DNA of 64,000 bases from Actinomycetes bacterium (lineage in GTDB: Bacteria > Actinomycetota > Acidimicrobiia > Acidimicrobiales > Bog-793). The notes beneath the pieces were generated by a model. That model was not told where the DNA came from, did no database searches, and worked only from the letters and a program-made list of their open reading frames with translations. The stretch spans positions 3,977 to 67,976 of the forward strand of contig JAKABX010000001.1 of assembly GCA_021796545.1 (NCBI GenBank), given 5' to 3'. Position 1 is the first letter of the stretch. The number at the start of each line of letters is the position of its first letter. Position numbers and translations under genes: made by a program. This document shows, piece after piece, positions 9,290 through 17,893 of this stretch.

Positions 9290-10462
9290 GTGATTCCCGA
9301 AGCGGACCGCCCCGAGGAGCCTGCCAACGCCGAGGAGCGTCCCGGCGTGGCGCAACCCGCCGCGCACCCCCCTGCGGGAGCCGGCTCCGGCGCGAGCGGC
9401 GACCTCGAGAACGACTTCGGCCCCCTCGGCCGGCCGTTCAGCCGCCGCTCGCCTTTCGTCGTCGGCTTTCTCGGCGCGCTCGGGGTCGCTCTCGCCTACA
9501 CGCTCTGGCGCGCCGTCGCCGACATCGGGGGCGTGCTGCTCGTCATCGGCGTGAGCTTCTTCCTCGCCGTCGGCCTCGCCCCCGCGGTCGAGTGGCTCAC
9601 CTCCCGCGGCATGCGCCGCGGGATCGCGGTGCTCGTGATCATCATCGCCTTCCTCGCCGTGATCGGCGGCTTCGTCGCCGCGGCGGTGCCACCGATCTCC
9701 CACGAGGTCTCCGCGCTGATCAACAAGCTCCCCGCCTACCGGCGCGACATCGCGGCCGGCCGCGGGCTCGTCGGGCACGTCGCAAAGAGCCTCCACCTCA
9801 CCAGCTACCTGACCGGCACGAAGACCGATCAACTCAAGTCCCTCGTGGAATCCGGCGCGCTCGGCGCGGGGCGCGCCCTCATCTCGGCGGGGACCGGGGT
9901 CGTGAGCGGGATCGTGCTGACGATCTACTTCCTCATCGCGCTCCCCAAGGTCCGCACGATGGGGCTCAATCTCGTGCCCGCGTCGCGGCGCGCCCGCACG
10001 GCGGCGCTGACCGACGAGGTCTTCAGCCGGGTGGGCGGCTTCGTCCTCGGCAATCTTCTGACCTCCCTGGTTTCGGGGGTCGGGACCTACATCTGGCTGG
10101 CCGCCTTCGGCATCCCCTACCCGTTCCTCCTCGCGCTCTTCGTCGCGCTCCTCGACCTCATTCCGGTCATCGGCTCGACGGTTGCCGGAATCGTCGTCTC
10201 GCTCGTCGCCCTCGTCCACGGCCTCGCCATCGCGGCGGGAACGGCCGCCTTCTATATTGGCTACCGGTTCTTCGAGGACTACCTGCTCACCCCCCGCGTC
10301 ATGCGGCACACGGTGCGGATCTCCCCCGGGCTGACCATCATCGCAACCCTCATCGGCGGAACGCTCCTCGGACTGATCGGGGCGCTCGTCGCGATCCCGT
10401 CCGCGGCGGCCGTCTACCTCCTGCTCGACGAGGTCGTCTTCCCGCGCATGGACCGCGCCTGA
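9290..10462 (+). CDS. AI-2E family transporter (UPF0118/PerM-like membrane protein)
   Basis: Multi-TM protein with LIPVIGSTVAGIVVSLVAL and GALVAIPSAAAVY segments typical of the family. The first in-frame start after the divergent ndh start is GTG 9290, so the start is uncertain. Confidence 0.75.
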   Translation: MIPEADRPEEPANAEERPGVAQPAAHPPAGAGSGASGDLENDFGPLGRPFSRRSPFVVGFLGALGVALAYTLWRAVADIGGVLLVIGVSFFLAVGLAPAVEWLTSRGMRRGIAVLVIIIAFLAVIGGFVAAAVPPISHEVSALINKLPAYRRDIAAGRGLVGHVAKSLHLTSYLTGTKTDQLKSLVESGALGAGRALISAGTGVVSGIVLTIYFLIALPKVRTMGLNLVPASRRARTAALTDEVFSRVGGFVLGNLLTSLVSGVGTYIWLAAFGIPYPFLLALFVALLDLIPVIGSTVAGIVVSLVALVHGLAIAAGTAAFYIGYRFFEDYLLTPRVMRHTVRISPGLTIIATLIGGTLLGLIGALVAIPSAAAVYLLLDEVVFPRMDRA

Positions 10463-10572
10463 GTCGCTGACCCACACCGCGTCCGCGCGACCCGGAGCGG
10501 CGCCCGCTACCCTCGGCGCGCGTGGCAACGAGGGGCGCATCACCGAACGGTCCAGGGAGCGGCCCGCGGCAC

Positions 10573-11376
10573 ATGCGGCCAGCCGACCGGCGCACGATCA
10601 TCGCCCGGCGCGCCGTGGTCGGCGGGAGCCTCGGCATCGTGGGCGTTGCCGCGGCCTTCGCTGCCGGCGCGTTCGGCGACCTGGGGGGTACACCGGTCCG
10701 GCACTCTGCGGCACCGACGACGACGCGCGCGACCACGACCACCTTGGTCCGGCCGGCGATGACGAGCCGGCCGACGACGACCACCACCCGCTCGGCGACC
10801 ACGACCACCGCGGCGGCGCCGACGACGACCACCACCCGCTCGGCGACCACGACCACCGCGGCGGCGCCGACGACGACACTGCCCGCGACCACGACCACCG
10901 CGGCGCCGACGACGACACTGCCCGCGACCACGACCACCGCGGCGCCGACGACGACACTGCCCGCGACCACGACCACCGCGGCGGCGCCGACGACGACACT
11001 GCCCGCGACCACGACCACCGCGGCGCCGACGACGACACTGCCCGCGACCACGACCACCGCGGCGCCGACGACGACCACCGGCGTCGAGCCGGGGAGCGTG
11101 CTTGTCGAAGTTCTCAACGGCAATGGTGTCTCGGGGGCTGCCGGCCAGGCCGCGACGGCGCTCCACGACGCAGGGTTCGCCATCAACGGCACCGGCAACG
11201 CGCCGGCCTTCACCTACGCCGAAACGGTCGTCGCGTATCCGCCCGGTGCGGCCGCTCAGGCCGAGACCGTCGCGGCCCACGTCATCGGCGCGGTCGAGCT
11301 GCGGACCTCGCCGCAGCTTCCGACGGGGGTCGTGGACCTGATTCTCGGTGACACCTACGACGGCATCACCCCCTAG
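10573..11376 (+). CDS. membrane-anchored LytR_C (LytR/CpsA/Psr C-terminal) domain protein with Thr/Ala/Pro repeat linker
   Basis: ATG 10573 gives MRPADRRTIIARRAVVGGSLGIVGVAAAFAAGA (signal anchor), a long T/A/P repeat, then VLVEVLNGNGVSGAAGQAATALHDAGF...VDLILG, which is LytR_C-like. Confidence 0.7.
   Translation: MRPADRRTIIARRAVVGGSLGIVGVAAAFAAGAFGDLGGTPVRHSAAPTTTRATTTTLVRPAMTSRPTTTTTRSATTTTAAAPTTTTTRSATTTTAAAPTTTLPATTTTAAPTTTLPATTTTAAPTTTLPATTTTAAAPTTTLPATTTTAAPTTTLPATTTTAAPTTTTGVEPGSVLVEVLNGNGVSGAAGQAATALHDAGFAINGTGNAPAFTYAETVVAYPPGAAAQAETVAAHVIGAVELRTSPQLPTGVVDLILGDTYDGITP
10771..11079 (+). repeat. in-frame perfect tandem repeats (2 x 48 nt, then 5 x 39/42 nt)
   Basis: The unit ccgacgacgaccaccacccgctcggcgaccacgaccaccgcggcggcg occurs at 10771-10818 and 10819-10866. 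The unit ccgacgacgacactgcccgcgaccacgaccaccgcggcg occurs at 10867, 10906, 10945 (+gcg), 10987 and 11026. A partial unit runs to ~11079. Confidence 0.95.
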
Positions 11377-11427
11377 CGTCCACCACGCCGGTGGCACACT
11401 GTCCACACGGCTGAGGGAGACACAGCG

Positions 11428-12396
11428 ATGCGAATCGGCACACTCGGCGCGGCACGGATCACCCCGAAGGCCCTCCTCGAGCCCGCCGCGGGGATTCCCG
11501 GCGTCGAGGTCGTCGCCGTCGCGTCCCGCGACCGCGCCCGGGCGGCGGCCTTCGCCGCGGCGCACGGCATCCCGAAGGTCTACGACACCTACTCGGCCCT
11601 GCTTGCCGACGAGACGATCGACGCGGTCTACAACCCGCTCGCCAACAGCGAGCACGCTCCGTGGTCGATCACCGCTCTCGAAGCGGGAAAGCACGTCCTC
11701 TGCGAGAAGCCGATGGGCTTGAACGCCGAGGAGGTGCGCACGATGGTGGCGGCCGCGGAGCGCTCCGGGCGGATCCTGATGGAGGCGCTCCACTGGCGCT
11801 ACCACCCCGTCGCCGCCCGCGTTCTCGAGCTGACGGCGCGTCTCGGTGAGCTGCGGCACGCCGAGGCCGTGTTCTTCGACCGAATGGAGGACCAGAGCGA
11901 CATCCGCTATCAGCTCGCGCTCGGTGGCGGATCCACGATGGATCTCGGCTGCTACTGCATCCACGCATTGCGGACTGTGCTCGGTAGCGAGCCGATCGAG
12001 GTGATCTCCGCACGCGCCGTCGAGGGACCCCCCGGGGTCGACGTCTCGATGGCGGCCGAACTCTCGTTCCCCGGCGGGATCGAGGGCCGGATGCGCTGCG
12101 GCTTCGACGGTCCTCCCGAGCCGGTCTGGACGATCGTGCTCGAAGGGGCTGCGGGGCGCCTGCGCATGGAGAACTTCGTCCTTCCCCAGCTCGGCAACCG
12201 TCTCACGGCCGAGCTCGCATCGGGAGAGAGCATCGACGAGGAGCTCTCGCTCCGGCCGAGCTACGCCTACCAGCTCGAGGCGTTCGCCCATGCGGCGGCG
12301 ACCGGGGAGCCCCCGCTGACCGCAGGCGCCGACGCGATCGCGAACGCGGTCGCGATCGACGCCGTCTACCGGGCCGCGGGTCTGCCGCTGCGCTGA
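11428..12396 (+). CDS. Gfo/Idh/MocA family NAD(P)-dependent oxidoreductase
   Basis: 322 aa. MRIGTLGAARITPKAL, DAVYNPLANSEH and GKHVLCEKPM are hallmarks of the family. SD gagggag lies upstream of the ATG. Confidence 0.85.
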   Translation: MRIGTLGAARITPKALLEPAAGIPGVEVVAVASRDRARAAAFAAAHGIPKVYDTYSALLADETIDAVYNPLANSEHAPWSITALEAGKHVLCEKPMGLNAEEVRTMVAAAERSGRILMEALHWRYHPVAARVLELTARLGELRHAEAVFFDRMEDQSDIRYQLALGGGSTMDLGCYCIHALRTVLGSEPIEVISARAVEGPPGVDVSMAAELSFPGGIEGRMRCGFDGPPEPVWTIVLEGAAGRLRMENFVLPQLGNRLTAELASGESIDEELSLRPSYAYQLEAFAHAAATGEPPLTAGADAIANAVAIDAVYRAAGLPLR

Positions 12397-12488
12397 GCTG
12401 GCCCGCGACCCGTCGACTGGCACGCGACCGCACGGCGCGCGGACCATGGGGTGGCCGGTGCCCGACCGGCGAGGGAAGAGAGAGCGAC

Positions 12489-13985
12489 GTGGAGACGATC
12501 CCGCACTTCATCGGTGGACAGCGCGTGGCAGGTCGCTCGGGACGTGGTGCGCCCGTGTACGACCCGGCGACCGGAGCCCAGACGGCCGAGGTCGCCCTTG
12601 CGGACGTCGACGAGGTCGATGCGGCGGTGCGCGTCGCCGGCGAAGCGTTCACGTCCTGGTCGCAGGCGTCGCTCAGTGCGCGCTCACGGGTCCTGTTCGC
12701 GTTCCGGGCGCTCGTGCACGCACACCTCGACGAGCTCGCGCGCGTCGTCGCCGCGGAGCACGGCAAGGTGCTCTCCGACGCACGCGGGGAGGTCCAGCGC
12801 GGCCTCGAGGTCGTCGAGTTCGCCTGCGGGCTCGGCCATCTGCTGAAGGGTGGCTATTCGGACCAGGTCTCGAGCGGCGTCGACGTGTACTCGCTGCGCG
12901 AGCCGCTCGGTGTCGTGGCGGGGATCACCCCGTTCAACTTCCCCGTGATGGTGCCGATGTGGATGCATCCCGTCGCGATCGCGTGTGGGAACAGCTTCGT
13001 GCTCAAGCCCAGCGAGCGCGATCCCTCGGCGTCGCTGCGCGTCGCGGAGCTGTGGGCCGAGGCCGGTCTGCCTGCCGGCGTGTTCAACGTCGTCAACGGG
13101 GACCGCGCGGCCGTCGAGGCGCTGTGCGACCACCCGGGGGTGGCGGCGATCTCCTTCGTCGGCTCGACGCCGATCGCGCGCGCCGTGCACGCCCGGGCGA
13201 CCGCGGCCGGAAAGCGCGTCCAGGCGCTCGGCGGGGCGAAGAACCACGCTGTCGTCCTGCCTGACGCCGATCCCGACTTCGCGGCGGACCATCTGGTTGC
13301 GGCCGCCTTCGGCTCGGCCGGCGAGCGCTGCATGGCGATCTCGGCCGCCGTCGCCGTGGGCGCGCGCGGCGACGACCTCGTCGAGATCGTCGCGAAGAAG
13401 GGCGCGGCGGTGCGCGTCGGACCGGGGCGCGACGAGGCGAGCGAGATGGGCCCGGTGATCACCGCCGAAGCCCGCGACCGGATCGTCGCGGCGATCGGCC
13501 ACAGCACCGAGCAGGGCGCACACCTCGCCCTCGACGGCCGGGGGATCGTCGTCCCGGGCCACGAGGACGGCTTCTTCGTTGGACCGACCGTCGTCGACGC
13601 GGTCACCCCGCAGATGGACGTCTACCGCCAGGAGATCTTCGGGCCCGTGCTCTCGGTGCTGCGCGCCGGCGACGTCGACGAGGCGATCGCGCTCGTGAAC
13701 GCCAACCCCTACGGCAACGGCACGGCCGTCTTCACCAACTCCGGTGAGACGGCGCGGCGCTTCGTGCGGGGCGTCAGCGTCGGCATGGTCGGGGTCAACG
13801 TCCCGATCCCGGTCCCCGTCGCCCACTACTCCTTCGGCGGTTGGAAGGACTCCCTGTTCGGCGAGCACCACATCCACGGACCCGAGGGGGTTGCCTTCTA
13901 CACCCGCGCGAAGGTCGTCACCGCGCGCTGGCCGAGCCCGCGCGCCGCCTCGGCCGCGTCCTACCACTTCCCGACCGGGCAGTAG
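12489..13985 (+). CDS. mmsA: CoA-acylating methylmalonate-semialdehyde dehydrogenase
   Basis: 498 aa, GTG start. IPHFIGGQRV, ITPFNFPVMVPMWM, FVLKPSERDP, GERCMA (catalytic Cys) and no ELGG-type Glu, as in MMSDH/IolA. Confidence 0.85.
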   Translation: METIPHFIGGQRVAGRSGRGAPVYDPATGAQTAEVALADVDEVDAAVRVAGEAFTSWSQASLSARSRVLFAFRALVHAHLDELARVVAAEHGKVLSDARGEVQRGLEVVEFACGLGHLLKGGYSDQVSSGVDVYSLREPLGVVAGITPFNFPVMVPMWMHPVAIACGNSFVLKPSERDPSASLRVAELWAEAGLPAGVFNVVNGDRAAVEALCDHPGVAAISFVGSTPIARAVHARATAAGKRVQALGGAKNHAVVLPDADPDFAADHLVAAAFGSAGERCMAISAAVAVGARGDDLVEIVAKKGAAVRVGPGRDEASEMGPVITAEARDRIVAAIGHSTEQGAHLALDGRGIVVPGHEDGFFVGPTVVDAVTPQMDVYRQEIFGPVLSVLRAGDVDEAIALVNANPYGNGTAVFTNSGETARRFVRGVSVGMVGVNVPIPVPVAHYSFGGWKDSLFGEHHIHGPEGVAFYTRAKVVTARWPSPRAASAASYHFPTGQ

Positions 13986-13995
13986 CCCGGGCGGC

Positions 13996-14364
13996 TCAGG
14001 ACGCGTCTGGCGGCGACGGAGGGGGCAGGACCTCCTCGGCGCGTGGCGGAGCCCACGCCCCCGGCGGCGCGGGAACCCCGATGCCCGGCGGCGACCAGGG
14101 AGGAACGGGGAAGGGCTCGACGGCGGGCTCCGTGTCGGCGACCGCGCGCCGGGCCGGCCGGCCGCGCCGGCGGCCGAGGAAGCTGTAGCCGAGGAGGCCG
14201 ACGAGCGCGACCAGGTAGAGCCCACGGGCGACGGTGTAGCCGTGGCCGCGGTGGTTGAAGAGCGCACCGGCCACGAGCAGCAGCACGAGCATTCCGAGCC
14301 GCAGCGCACGCAGCCGCGGGTTGCGGTTCATCCCATAGCCGCCGAGTCCGAACACGGCCTCCAT
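13996..14364 (-). CDS. small membrane protein with Pro-rich C-terminal tail (hypothetical)
   Basis: ATG 14364 gives MEAVFGLGGYGMNRNPRLRALRLGMLVLLLVAGALF...LVALVGLLGYSFL (2 TM), then a PVPPWSPPGIGVPAPPGAWAPP tail. The remainder of track ORF 13996..14904 is off-frame over the next gene. Confidence 0.5.
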   Translation of the reverse strand: MEAVFGLGGYGMNRNPRLRALRLGMLVLLLVAGALFNHRGHGYTVARGLYLVALVGLLGYSFLGRRRGRPARRAVADTEPAVEPFPVPPWSPPGIGVPAPPGAWAPPRAEEVLPPPSPPDAS

Positions 14365-14401
14365 GATCCCCCAAGATGGCCGCGACGCCAATGGGGAGGG
14401 C

Positions 14402-14959
14402 TCAGCCCCTCGGCGCTCGGTGCACCGAGACCGCGTAGTCCGCACCGGGTGCCACGAAGGCGGCGCGCTGCCAGGTCGAAAGACGCTCCTCGAGTGCGAG
14501 CCCCGCGCCAGACGCGGCGGCGTCGTACTCCTCGAGCGTGTATCCCCGCCCGAGCTGGAAGCCGGCGACGAGGCGGCCGCCGGGTGCGACGTGCGCCGCG
14601 CAGCGCGCGACGAGCCGGTCACGCTCGCCCGGGGCGCAGAACAGCGGCACGTTGCCGGCCAGCACGACGACGGCGAAGCGCCGGCCGAGGTCGAAGCCGG
14701 TGAGGTCCCCCTCGAACCAGGCGAGCTCCGGCGCACGCCGGCGCGCCTCGGCGAGCATGGAGGCGTCGCGGTCGACGCCGACCACCTCGATGCCGCGGCG
14801 CGCGAGCTCGATCGCGACCCGGCCGGTACCACAGCCGGCGTCGAGCACCGAGGCCGGCGCACCGCCAGCGACAAAGTCCGCCTCGCCGTGAACGTCGGCC
14901 CCAAGCCCAGCGAGCTCGTCGAAGTGCCTCTGGTAGGCGCGGCCGTCGAAGGTGGTCAT
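14402..14959 (-). CDS. class I SAM-dependent methyltransferase
   Basis: ATG 14959. VLDAGCGTGRVAIELARRGIEVVGVDRD (motif I plus acidic loop). 185 aa. Confidence 0.8.
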   Translation of the reverse strand: MTTFDGRAYQRHFDELAGLGADVHGEADFVAGGAPASVLDAGCGTGRVAIELARRGIEVVGVDRDASMLAEARRRAPELAWFEGDLTGFDLGRRFAVVVLAGNVPLFCAPGERDRLVARCAAHVAPGGRLVAGFQLGRGYTLEEYDAAASGAGLALEERLSTWQRAAFVAPGADYAVSVHRAPRG

Positions 14960-15008
14960 CACCCCAGTGAAGCCGACCCGCGGCGCACGGGCCCGACGGG
15001 GCGGCGCG

Positions 15009-15079
15009 CTCCGGGGGGAGGGCTCGAACCTCCATTCTGGGATCCAAAGTCCCATGTCCTGCCATTGGACGACCCCGGA
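15009..15079 (-). tRNA. tRNA-Gln (anticodon UUG)
   Basis: Hand-folded cloverleaf on the minus strand. Acceptor TCCGGGG/CCCCGGA, D arm GTCC-AATGGCA-GGAC, anticodon arm TGGGA-CTTTGGA-TCCCA, T arm GGAGG-TTCGAGC-CCTCC. No encoded CCA. Confidence 0.9.
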
Positions 15080-15214
15080 CTGCCGTGCCGGCGCCGCCGT
15101 GGGCGGCGACCGGCCGCCCGAGCGTACCCGGCCACCCCCGCCCTGATCCGGGGCGCCCGGCGCGCGCGCCGCCACAACGGGAGGGGCGCGCGATCAACTA
15201 GCCTTCCGGGCGCC

Positions 15215-15310
15215 ATGGGTTCACTCATCAAGAAACGCCGGAAGCGCATGCGCAAGAAGAAGCACAAGAAGATGCTGAAGCGCACGCGCTGGCAGCGCCG
15301 CACCAAGTAA
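15215..15310 (+). CDS. actinobacterial mini ribosomal protein bS22-like (31 aa)
   Basis: [31 protein letters not shown] closely resembles the mycobacterial bS22 sequence [25 protein letters not shown]... as I recall it. It is the tail of a spurious 315-aa track ORF. Confidence 0.75.
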   Translation: [31 protein letters not shown]

Positions 15311-15381
15311 GCGCCGCCGCTCCCGTCCCGGCACCCAACCCCTCCGGCACCGCGAGGCCGTCGCGGCGCGTCTGCGCGCGC

Positions 15382-16215
15382 TCAGACGAGCGCGCCCTCG
15401 CTCCGGCAGGCGGTGACCACCGCCGAGAGGCCTGTGGCCCGGACGGATGCGGCGATCTCGGCCTCGAGCCACGACACCTCGCCGGGGGCGCACTCGACGA
15501 ACCACGTCGCGCCGCTGCCGGCGAGCGACGGCGCGCGCCCGGCGGCCTCCGCCACAGCGTCGCGCCAGCGGGCGAGGCGCGGCTCGACCGCGAGCGCGGC
15601 CGGCTCGAGATCGTTGACACCCCGCGCACGGGGCGTCGCGGGGTCGTCGAAGGCCCGGTAGACGGCCGCCGTCGAGACCGCGAGCGCCGGGATGCAGACC
15701 ACGACGTGCAGCGCCACCGGCGCGAGCGGCGTCAGCCTGTCGCCGACGCCCCCGACCCGCGCGCGCCCGCCGCGCAGGCAGAAGGGGACGTCTGCACCGA
15801 GCCGCACGGCGACGTCGGGGGCGTCCACACCCGCCCAGCGCAGCACCGCCGCCGCGTCCGCAGAGCCGCCGCCGAGTCCCGAGCCCGGCGGGATGCGCTT
15901 GGTCAAGGTGACGGCCGCCTCCCGGCCGGCGAGGCGCAGCGCGGCGAGGACGAGGTTCTCCGGCCCCCCGGGTACGGGCGCACGCTCGCCGCTGCCCGCG
16001 CTCCAGGCGATCTCGTCCCGGATCTCGAGGCGGCTCGTTTCGGCGGGGACGATGACGAGCCCGTCCGCGAGGTCGAGGCTCACCATCTCGGCGTCGAGCA
16101 GGTGGTAGCCGTCATCCCGGCGTCCGACGACGCGCAGCGTGCGGGTCAGCTTGGCCCGGGCGCGGACCTCGACGGGTCGCTGTGGCGGCGGCGGCATGCG
16201 GCTAGCTTGCCCCAC
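15382..16215 (-). CDS. ispE: 4-diphosphocytidyl-2-C-methyl-D-erythritol kinase
   Basis: 277 aa. KLTRTLRVVGRRDDGYHLL and the GHMP-kinase motif IPPGSGLGGGSADAAAVL. The start is 16215 or ATG 16197; either overlaps the rsmA 3' end by 52-70 nt. Confidence 0.88.
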   Translation of the reverse strand: MGQASRMPPPPQRPVEVRARAKLTRTLRVVGRRDDGYHLLDAEMVSLDLADGLVIVPAETSRLEIRDEIAWSAGSGERAPVPGGPENLVLAALRLAGREAAVTLTKRIPPGSGLGGGSADAAAVLRWAGVDAPDVAVRLGADVPFCLRGGRARVGGVGDRLTPLAPVALHVVVCIPALAVSTAAVYRAFDDPATPRARGVNDLEPAALAVEPRLARWRDAVAEAAGRAPSLAGSGATWFVECAPGEVSWLEAEIAASVRATGLSAVVTACRSEGALV

Positions 16216-17048
16216 TCGGCGAGCGTGAGCTCCTCGGCACGCGCGCTCGGCGCGACACCTGCGGCCGCGAAGTCCTCCATCTCGACCAGGCCGGCGAGGG
16301 CACGCCGCAGCATCTTGCGCCTCGTGGCGAAGCCGGCGCGCAAGAGTGTGTCGACCTCGGCGTAGCTCGCGTCACCGGGGTCGACGGCCGGCTGGTCCCG
16401 GCGCTCGATCGCGACAAGGACGGACTCGACCCGGGGCCGCGGGTGGAAGACCGTGGCCGGCACGTGGCCGACGACTCTCGCCGTGGCGAAGTACGCCCGC
16501 CGCGCCGAGACCGCACCGTAGGCCTCGTCGCCGGGGTCCGCCGCGAGCCGCTCGCCGACCTCGCGCTGGACCATGACCAGCATGCGCGTGATCTGGGGCA
16601 CGCCGACGAGCAGGTCGAGCACCAGCGGCGTCGCGACGTTGTAGGGGAGGTTTGCGACGAGCACCCAGTTGTCGCCGGCGAGCAGGCTCTGCCAGTCGCA
16701 GGTGCGCGCGTCGGCGGCGACGAGGCGGACCGAAGGGGGAAGGACCTCCCCGAGCAGTGCGACGAGGCGCCGGTCGACCTCGACCGCGGTCACCGCCGCA
16801 CCGCTCGCGACGAGCGCGAGGGTGAGCGATCCGAGACCCGGGCCGATCTCGACGACCCGGTCTCCCGGCTTGACACCGGCAAGGCGCGCGATCCGCTCCA
16901 CGGTGTTCGGGTCGACGACGAAGTGCTGGCCGAGTGCCTTGGCCGCGTGCAGGCCATGGCTCTCGAGCAGAGCGCGAACGTCGCGCGCGCCGAGGCGGGA
17001 GGGCGGAGCGCCTTGCGGGGAACCCGGCCCGGCGCCTCGCTCGCTCAC
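16146..17048 (-). CDS. rsmA: 16S rRNA (adenine1518/1519-N6)-dimethyltransferase
   Basis: 300 aa. LGQHFVVDPNTVERI, VVEIGPGLGSLT and NLPYNVATP motifs. The GTG start overlaps the tatD stop (GTGA at 17045-17048). Confidence 0.92.
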   Translation of the reverse strand: MSERGAGPGSPQGAPPSRLGARDVRALLESHGLHAAKALGQHFVVDPNTVERIARLAGVKPGDRVVEIGPGLGSLTLALVASGAAVTAVEVDRRLVALLGEVLPPSVRLVAADARTCDWQSLLAGDNWVLVANLPYNVATPLVLDLLVGVPQITRMLVMVQREVGERLAADPGDEAYGAVSARRAYFATARVVGHVPATVFHPRPRVESVLVAIERRDQPAVDPGDASYAEVDTLLRAGFATRRKMLRRALAGLVEMEDFAAAGVAPSARAEELTLAEWGKLAACRRRHSDPSRSAPGPS

Positions 17049-17893
17049 GGCAGCGGCGGGAGGCCGAAGGCCGCGGCGGCGTTCGCGCTCGTCTGCTCGG
17101 CGAGCGCGTCGAACTCCTCGCCGCGCAGAGCAGCGAGCGCCGCGAGCACGACGGTGACGAGTGCCGGCTCGTTCGGCCGGCCCCGGTGCGGCACCGGGGC
17201 GAGGAAGGGCGCGTCGGTCTCGACGAGCATCTTGTCCCGCGGGCAGAGGCGCGCCGCCTCCCGGACGGGCTCGGCGCTCTTGAAGGTCGTGATCCCGCTG
17301 AAGGACAGGTACGCGCCGAGATCGAGGAACGGGCGCGCCTCGTCGGGCCCTCCGGTGAAGCAGTGGATGACGACCCGCTCGGGAAGCACAGGGGCCTCAC
17401 TGAGCAGGGTCGCCGTGTCCTCCCAGGCATCCCGGGTGTGGACGACGAGGGTGAGGGCGAGGCGCGCCGCCAGGGCGATCTGCGCGGCGAAGACCTCCTG
17501 CTGGGCAGGACGCGGCGAGTGGTCGTAGAAGTAGTCGAGCCCGCACTCCCCGATCGCGACGAGCGAGCCCGGCGGGCGCGCTGCGCCAGGGGCGGGCGCG
17601 GCCTCGACGGCGAGCGCGGCCACGGGACCAAGGGGATCCTTGGCGTCATGGGGGTGCAGCCCGACGCTCGCCCACAGCGCGACCGGCAGCGCACCCTGCC
17701 CGCTCGCGCGCGCGAGCGCGAGCGCCTGGGCCGAGGAGCGCTCCCCCGTACCGATGCAGATCGCCCGTCCGACCCCGGCCGCGGCCGCACGGCCGAGCAG
17801 CGCGGCGACCTCGAGCCCGTCGGGGAGGTAGTCCTCCTGGATGTGGCAGTGGCTGTCGGTGACGCGGCCAGGCGCGTGCGCGCTCGTGCTCAC
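17045..17893 (-). CDS. tatD: TatD-family metal-dependent hydrolase
   Basis: GTG 17893 overlaps the metG stop (GTGA). DSHCHIQ, ECGLDYFY, VVHTRDAW, VIHCFTG and ETDAPFLAP motifs. Confidence 0.88.
   Translation of the reverse strand: MSTSAHAPGRVTDSHCHIQEDYLPDGLEVAALLGRAAAAGVGRAICIGTGERSSAQALALARASGQGALPVALWASVGLHPHDAKDPLGPVAALAVEAAPAPGAARPPGSLVAIGECGLDYFYDHSPRPAQQEVFAAQIALAARLALTLVVHTRDAWEDTATLLSEAPVLPERVVIHCFTGGPDEARPFLDLGAYLSFSGITTFKSAEPVREAARLCPRDKMLVETDAPFLAPVPHRGRPNEPALVTVVLAALAALRGEEFDALAEQTSANAAAAFGLPPLP

Noticed and set aside
10771-11064. A regularly spaced direct-repeat array that could superficially resemble a CRISPR.
   Set aside because: The units are contiguous with no unique spacers. 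They are multiples of 3 nt and lie in frame inside a protein with a signal anchor and a LytR_C domain. This is a coding tandem repeat.
10540-12447. A 635-aa minus-strand ORF containing long RRRGGRGRGQC repeats.
   Set aside because: It is the antisense image of the Thr/Ala repeat and of the Gfo/Idh/MocA gene. The plus-strand products have clear family motifs and the minus product has none.
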